From NCBI GenBank assembly GCA_002633005.1, contig NMRA01000138.1, positions 746,767 to 801,177 of the forward strand: DNA of 54,411 nt, read 5' to 3'. The position numbers and the translations under genes were made by a program. Below, piece by piece: positions 50,501 through 54,411 of the stretch. The notes below the pieces were generated by a model. It had not been told where the DNA came from and made no database searches. It saw nothing but the letters and a program-made list of their open reading frames with translations. Each line of letters begins with the position of its first letter. Position 1 is the first letter of the stretch. The stretch comes from Phoronis australis (Eukaryota; Animalia; Phoronida).

Positions 50501-53152
50501 CGAGATTGATTTTTCTGCATCATAGACTCAAATCAGAAGAGCTAAGATCTTCCGATTAGCCAATCTTGCTTTCATGAGACACAAGGACCATCAAGTTATA
50601 CTCTGGCCAAGCCAAGCATGTAAATAATTAATGGATTGTTATGATATGTGTATTGCAGCTACATTAAGTGATTATTGAACCGTGGCTCATCAGACCATTA
50701 CTGCAAGAGCAGCAAATGTGTTGGTCACAAAACAATAACCTAGAATAATGATTGTAATGTTGTTGGCACATGATATCTGCTCTGGTATAAGCCCATGCTC
50801 TTGTAATTAGGCAGCTACAGAAACAGGGGTACCCTTATATCGGACATTCATGAATAATCCATGAATTAGTAGTGCATATTCATGCATAAGTACTGGTATT
50901 GAACATAGCCTTGCATCAAATATTCGGTGAATGTACGCTACATGCTTTGGCAGCTCTGGGCAAGTCCGCTTTGCAACAAGCTGCGAACAAGAGAAGTTGA
51001 TTTGACAAGAAAAAACACAGGGAAGAAAGGGACTGGGCTAATAGGCATGAAAAATTGGGGGAGGGCACATACTGGCAGGTGTGTTTATACGTGAGCATAA
51101 CCAGAAAGTCCAACAAGTGGAGGGCAGGCTAACAGCTGAGTATTTACAGTACAACCCTCCTGATAATATGAAGTCAATGTCACATGACAAAAACAGCTTT
51201 CAGTCAAATGAAATCCTCAATTTCAAGTTTCAAGGCCTTCAATAACCACAACATGACTCGAGCAAAAAATGTTAGACGTACAGAGGTGACAAATGCAGAC
51301 AAAACAGGTGACTTCAGAGGAGGAGACAACTCCACACAGATTGCTAATACAATGGAGGTAAGACAGTGCCTGAGAGACTGCGCTCTAAAGATAGGGGTAC
51401 CATGTTACCCACCCAACACTTAACCCCAAGAGGGTCCTGTACTCTTGAGTATCCTTATAGTTTCAATAAGTGTTGAGCTGAAGCAATACCATGCTGCTGT
51501 CAAGCTAGATACTGAATCACTACAAGTAATCACACACTTATTCACTCTCCTCATTTGTCAAAGATGACCTGGACACACAAACGTTATTTAGTGTCTGAAT
51601 AAAGAGTACTGACATCACACTGTTGTGCTTCATTACAACACAGGACTGCTAGTGAAACAATGGTACCACATATGATATGTATTAAACACATGCATTGGCA
51701 GAACTGCTTCCATGGTAGTGAATGGTTTTTTGATCTAATTCTATTTAGATGGGAATAAGAGGGTACATTGTTCATTAACAGCGCCTAGTGAATATCAAAT
51801 CTCCCATTCCTGAATGATGCTGGTCATGTCACACACAACTCAATGTTATCTAGCACCGTCCACTGCTATCCAGCGAATATGAAATTTTAAGCATCCAAAC
51901 CCTGGGCAGTATGCAACACAGTTTCATGTAAATAATTAAATCTGTATCTCCTTAATAACATAAATAGGTAAATAAAACAACAAGAATGGATCAACTGAAA
52001 TTTTCAGATGTAATAACGTCCTTTGTCAACAGAAACAGAAATAAAATAAAATCAAACACTATATGACAATTGACATTTAAGTTATGGTGTAATGAATATG
52101 ATACATTTTTGCGCAAAAAATTCAATGATATATTTTAAGAAGTTTTTATGTTCAATCCATGAGGTTCTAATAATATGAAACTGTATGGTTGATGCTACAT
52201 TACTTATTTCAAACTTGTTTGTGTGATTACTCGTAGTGACTCATCCAGGATACCTAAGGTTGCCAGAAATGGTAAGAACAAGGCTGTGTTAGTGTAATTC
52301 ATGAATGTTTAACTCAACCCCACAGACAATACATTGTATGCTTAGCAAATAACATAATTACACATTGTATCTGCTCTCCGTCTTCATTATTGGCCTGTGA
52401 AAATAAAAATACGCATAACCAAACAAAAAGATAATAAGTGAACAAAATAGACACAGCTTCAAAGGTGACGGGAAAGAAAACAAAATAATAATTTTTATGA
52501 TTCATAAGCAGGTAGTTGCAGTACAGGTATATTGAAGCATAAAAAACTAGAAGGTACAGTGTGGAATAAAAACATAAATCGATGAAGTTTAAAAATATAA
52601 AATAATTAAAATCAAATAAAAAAGAACAATATTTTACATAAAACTGCATTTTGCACCGCTTAGCTGTTTGAAAACAAAAATCAAATTAGGCCAAGGCCTT
52701 TTATCCTCATAAAATTGTTCTCACAATATTCCTTATTGTGATAGAATTTTATTTCCATTATTGACTCAAGTCACAGGCAATTCGCATATGTGCCATTTTA
52801 CGATTGTTCAACTCCAATAAACTGTTAAATGTTCTCTTGAATTGTTAATGGTGTCGATGTTTCTGTTGGAATACAATCAGCTCAACTTTATGACAGGAAA
52901 AGGACTAATTCGTTTTTCATTTTTAACCAGCTAAATTCATTATCAATTGCCAGATATATACTAAACACATGAAAAGCAAATTGTAAAGAGACAATAAGTA
53001 TTGTTATGTGTGATAATTATCTAAACCTCATTAATAAACCAAAACAAAAATACATTAAATGGTTGCTACCTTTCTTCGTTTCTGCTGACCAATGCAATCC
53101 GGCCGTAGTCCCAAGCAAGTTTACGTAAGAAAGAAAAGATGACCAACAGCAC
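29397..53152 (-). CDS. TMEM63: TMEM63 / CSC1-like (OSCA family) mechano/osmosensitive cation channel; N-terminal exon(s) outside window
   Basis: 20 phase-compatible GT-AG exons give 771 aa + TGA with family motifs [112 protein letters not shown]. Confidence 0.96.
31363..31434 (-). CDS. TMEM63: Probable TMEM63 cassette exon ([24 protein letters not shown])
   Basis: ttttacag| ... GAG|gtgag; 72 nt, phase 0-0, open. Confidence 0.6.
31847..31924 (-). CDS. TMEM63: TMEM63 exon ([14 protein letters not shown]...SPQK)
   Basis: caccag| ... AAG|gtaaa; 78 nt, phase 0-0. Confidence 0.8.
32447..32556 (-). CDS. TMEM63: TMEM63 exon ([13 protein letters not shown]...HISYK)
   Basis: tttcag| ... AAG|gtaag; 110 nt; last TM helix. 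Confidence 0.9.
33597..33764 (-). CDS. TMEM63: TMEM63 exon ([17 protein letters not shown]...LLRS)
   Basis: ttccag| ... A|gtaag; 168 nt. Confidence 0.95.
33999..34157. repeat. 79-bp tandem duplication (intronic)
   Basis: TTATGCAGATGT...GGGAGGCATTTGTGAT x2. Confidence 0.9.
34766..34871 (-). CDS. TMEM63: TMEM63 exon ([14 protein letters not shown]...CPLIVPF)
   Basis: ttccag| ... G|gtaag; 106 nt. Confidence 0.93.
35634..35796 (-). CDS. TMEM63: TMEM63 exon ([14 protein letters not shown]...[10 protein letters not shown])
   Basis: ctgcag| ... AAG|gtggg; 163 nt. Confidence 0.95.
35837..36030. mobile_element. Palindromic MITE, same family as 15391/52640
   Basis: TTTAGCTGG...AGGCCTTTTACTCTCA...TTACTGTG mirrored by CACAGTAA...TGAGACTAAAAGGCCT...CCAGCTAAATGCAGCTTT. 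Confidence 0.7.
36135..36577. other. Assembly gap (443 N) inside a TMEM63 intron, next to a 12-bp repeat (GATTGTGGAGGG)n
   Basis: N run; flanking exons join in frame, so no constitutive exon appears lost. Confidence 0.98.
36678..36827 (-). CDS. TMEM63: TMEM63 exon (TSEHQAVM...ILPSLGLTS...NIRW)
   Basis: tttcag| ... AA|gtaag; 150 nt. Confidence 0.93.
37172..37302. repeat. 60-bp tandem duplication (intronic)
   Basis: AAACCACA.AATCACAAGGTTTTGCCAATAATAAACAACTT x2. Confidence 0.85.
37597..37703 (-). CDS. TMEM63: TMEM63 exon ([10 protein letters not shown]...GHWT)
   Basis: ttgtag| ... AG|gtgtg; 107 nt. Confidence 0.93.
38179..38323 (-). CDS. TMEM63: TMEM63 exon (ENLSL...FFLTTPSI...QDLH)
   Basis: atctag| ... 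CAT|gtaag; 145 nt. Confidence 0.93.
38871..38999 (-). CDS. TMEM63: TMEM63 exon (IYQDMKH...YAPSPDDIY)
   Basis: ttgcag| ... TG|gtaac; 129 nt. Confidence 0.92.
40205..40338 (-). CDS. TMEM63: TMEM63 exon (VDAIQYY...[14 protein letters not shown])
   Basis: ttaaag| ... AT|gtaag; 134 nt. Confidence 0.93.
41398..41524 (-). CDS. TMEM63: TMEM63 exon (QAAREGR...[16 protein letters not shown])
   Basis: tctcag| ... AAG|gtcag; 127 nt. Confidence 0.92.
43259..43339 (-). CDS. TMEM63: TMEM63 exon ([16 protein letters not shown]...DSE)
   Basis: tttcag| ... AG|gtttg; 81 nt. Confidence 0.93.
44143..44259. repeat. 39-bp tandem triplication spanning a TMEM63 splice donor
   Basis: TGATATTTTACCCTACTCACGTAAAATGGCGCCTCATGA x3. 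Confidence 0.95.
44241..44423 (-). CDS. TMEM63: TMEM63 exon (PTLLWVHT...TRTLMITNI...RRHF)
   Basis: ttccag| ... AC|gtgag; 183 nt. Confidence 0.93.
44784..44838 (-). CDS. TMEM63: TMEM63 exon ([17 protein letters not shown])
   Basis: ttacag| ... AA|gtaag; 55 nt. Confidence 0.9.
45075..45195. repeat. ~60-bp tandem duplication; related dispersed copy near 42230-42300
   Basis: TAATCAGACAAAATACCGTTTTCCATCAT...AATTCTGTTA x2. Confidence 0.85.
45871..46010 (-). CDS. TMEM63: TMEM63 exon ([12 protein letters not shown]...PVNFQGYQ)
   Basis: ttgtag| ... G|gtatg; 140 nt. Confidence 0.95.
46520..46557 (-). CDS. TMEM63: TMEM63 exon ([12 protein letters not shown])
   Basis: tttcag| ... AG|gtaag; 38 nt. Confidence 0.92.
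46759..46846 (-). CDS. TMEM63: TMEM63 exon ([10 protein letters not shown]...KKDR)
   Basis: ttacag| ... AGG|gtata; 88 nt. Confidence 0.88.
47724..47820. repeat. 35-bp tandem repeat, ~3 copies
   Basis: GAAATACCATAACCTGTTATAGAGGGTAAGCGTAA. Confidence 0.85.
52640..52937. mobile_element. MITE, same family as 15391/35837
   Basis: AAACTGCATTTTGCACCGCTTAGCTG...AGGCCTTTTATCCTCATAA mirrored by TTATGACAGGAAAAGGACTAATT...CCAGCTAAA. Confidence 0.65.
53070..53152 (-). CDS. TMEM63: TMEM63 exon ([27 protein letters not shown])
   Basis: tttcag| ... AG|gtagc; 83 nt. Confidence 0.92.
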
Positions 53153-53627
53153 CTGAAAGTAGAATTTGAAATCATCATATCCATACGGTGCAAAAGGTCC
53201 ACCAAGAATAATTAATTTGAGATCATTTGTTAAAATGTGACAATATCGTCATCCCCGTGTGGAAATTGGTAGAAATAACTCTGTCTCCATTTTTCGAGCA
53301 ACTTCTTGCATTCAGGGACACAAATTTTGCCAATATCCCGAGTTCCACAAAAAGTTTGCTGGATTGATATCGGGGAAGGGGGGTTATTCATGTCCTATGT
53401 GGTTTACTACTTCAATTAACACTTCGATCATTCCCCGTATAACCACTGGTACTGGTGCCTACATTGCACTGCAATGACTTCCTAGTGCAGTGTCTACCAA
53501 TAGGGGCTACATTAACTTTACAGTATTCACTGAACCCTTTGGGGACACAACCATTGTAGAATTTATCTTCTGTGTTTTCTCCTGACATATTTCTGGGAAT
53601 TCAACATACACCATGGGAATAGCACAA

Positions 53628-53692
53628 ATGATGATGTGATGGTGATGGTAGTGATGGTGGTGATGATGATGATGATGATGGTGATGATGATA
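53628..53692. repeat. (GAT/GGT)n microsatellite
   Basis: Run of GAT/GGT triplets. Confidence 0.9.
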
Positions 53693-54411
53693 AAGATACT
53701 AACAATGAAAAATTCCTATTTACTGTTACAAGTTACAGTAACATCATATTGTTGAAGATGGTGATCATGATACTAAATAAGACAATTCCCAATTGTTATT
53801 GGTGTCATTATTATCTACGATCATGATGGTAATGACAATAACTTATAATAGATTCAAACATTCATACCATTCTCAACATACTAAGCACTTCTATAATTAG
53901 TCTTTAAAGTTATGTAGGACCTTAAAAATGTCCGATTTTGACCAACATTGGAACATTGTATGATGCCATCTCAGAAATGGCTGGATATATATACTAATGT
54001 CAAAGCTCAACTGTGGCAACTTGTGCGACAATTTACCCCACCTCATCGAGGTAGGGCAAGTTGCTCCGGGGTAATTTGTTCTAGGCCAACTTGTTCAAGG
54101 GTAACTTGCCTCAGCGCAAGTTGGAGTGTGGCTGCAAACATGCAGACAAGGCGGAAGTACTAATTACCTGCTGTGCGCTTGCTCACTTAAGCCTTGGTCA
54201 CAACCCGCCGTACGTGCAAGTGCGTGCTGTCTACGTGTAAAAACGTGGGGGAAATTTGGCGATCCGTACGTGGCAAGTACGGCCTCCGTGCGTTTTGGTG
54301 AATACGCAGGAGAACGCAGACACGACGTAGCACTTTTAGTGCATGCAGAACTTTCTCTGCGTGCAAGCTGCGTTCGCATTACAGATTCACGGCAGTACGT
54401 GTGACGTACGT

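Overview
AT-rich genomic DNA from an intron-rich eukaryote, most consistent with a marine invertebrate draft assembly (one 443-N gap, three single Ns). It is not prokaryotic, and most of the supplied ORF track is spurious or only partly overlaps exons. Two spliced genes converge tail-to-tail. On + is the 3' part (10 exons, 429 aa, stop 8971-8973) of a probable FAM186-like gene. On - is nearly all (20 exons, 771 aa, stop 29397-29399) of a TMEM63/CSC1 (OSCA-family) mechanosensitive channel gene whose first exon(s) lie beyond the window. Between them is a ~16 kb block bracketed by a ~280-bp direct repeat, with a third, older copy inside; the repeat carries opposed candidate poly(A) signals. The block contains an unrecognised spliced coiled-coil gene (~171 aa, - strand) whose last intron holds the 3' end of an Ngaro/PAT-like tyrosine-recombinase retroelement, plus several MITE-like elements, a 44-bp minisatellite and two probable haplotype-overlap duplications. 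I found no rRNA, tRNA or CRISPR, and no clearly new biological system. The best leads are the duplicated convergent 3'-end junction, the orphan gene, splice-site tandem duplications, and possible parallels to vertebrate TMEM63B splicing and editing. All identities are estimated by eye; family calls come from recalled motifs, not searches.
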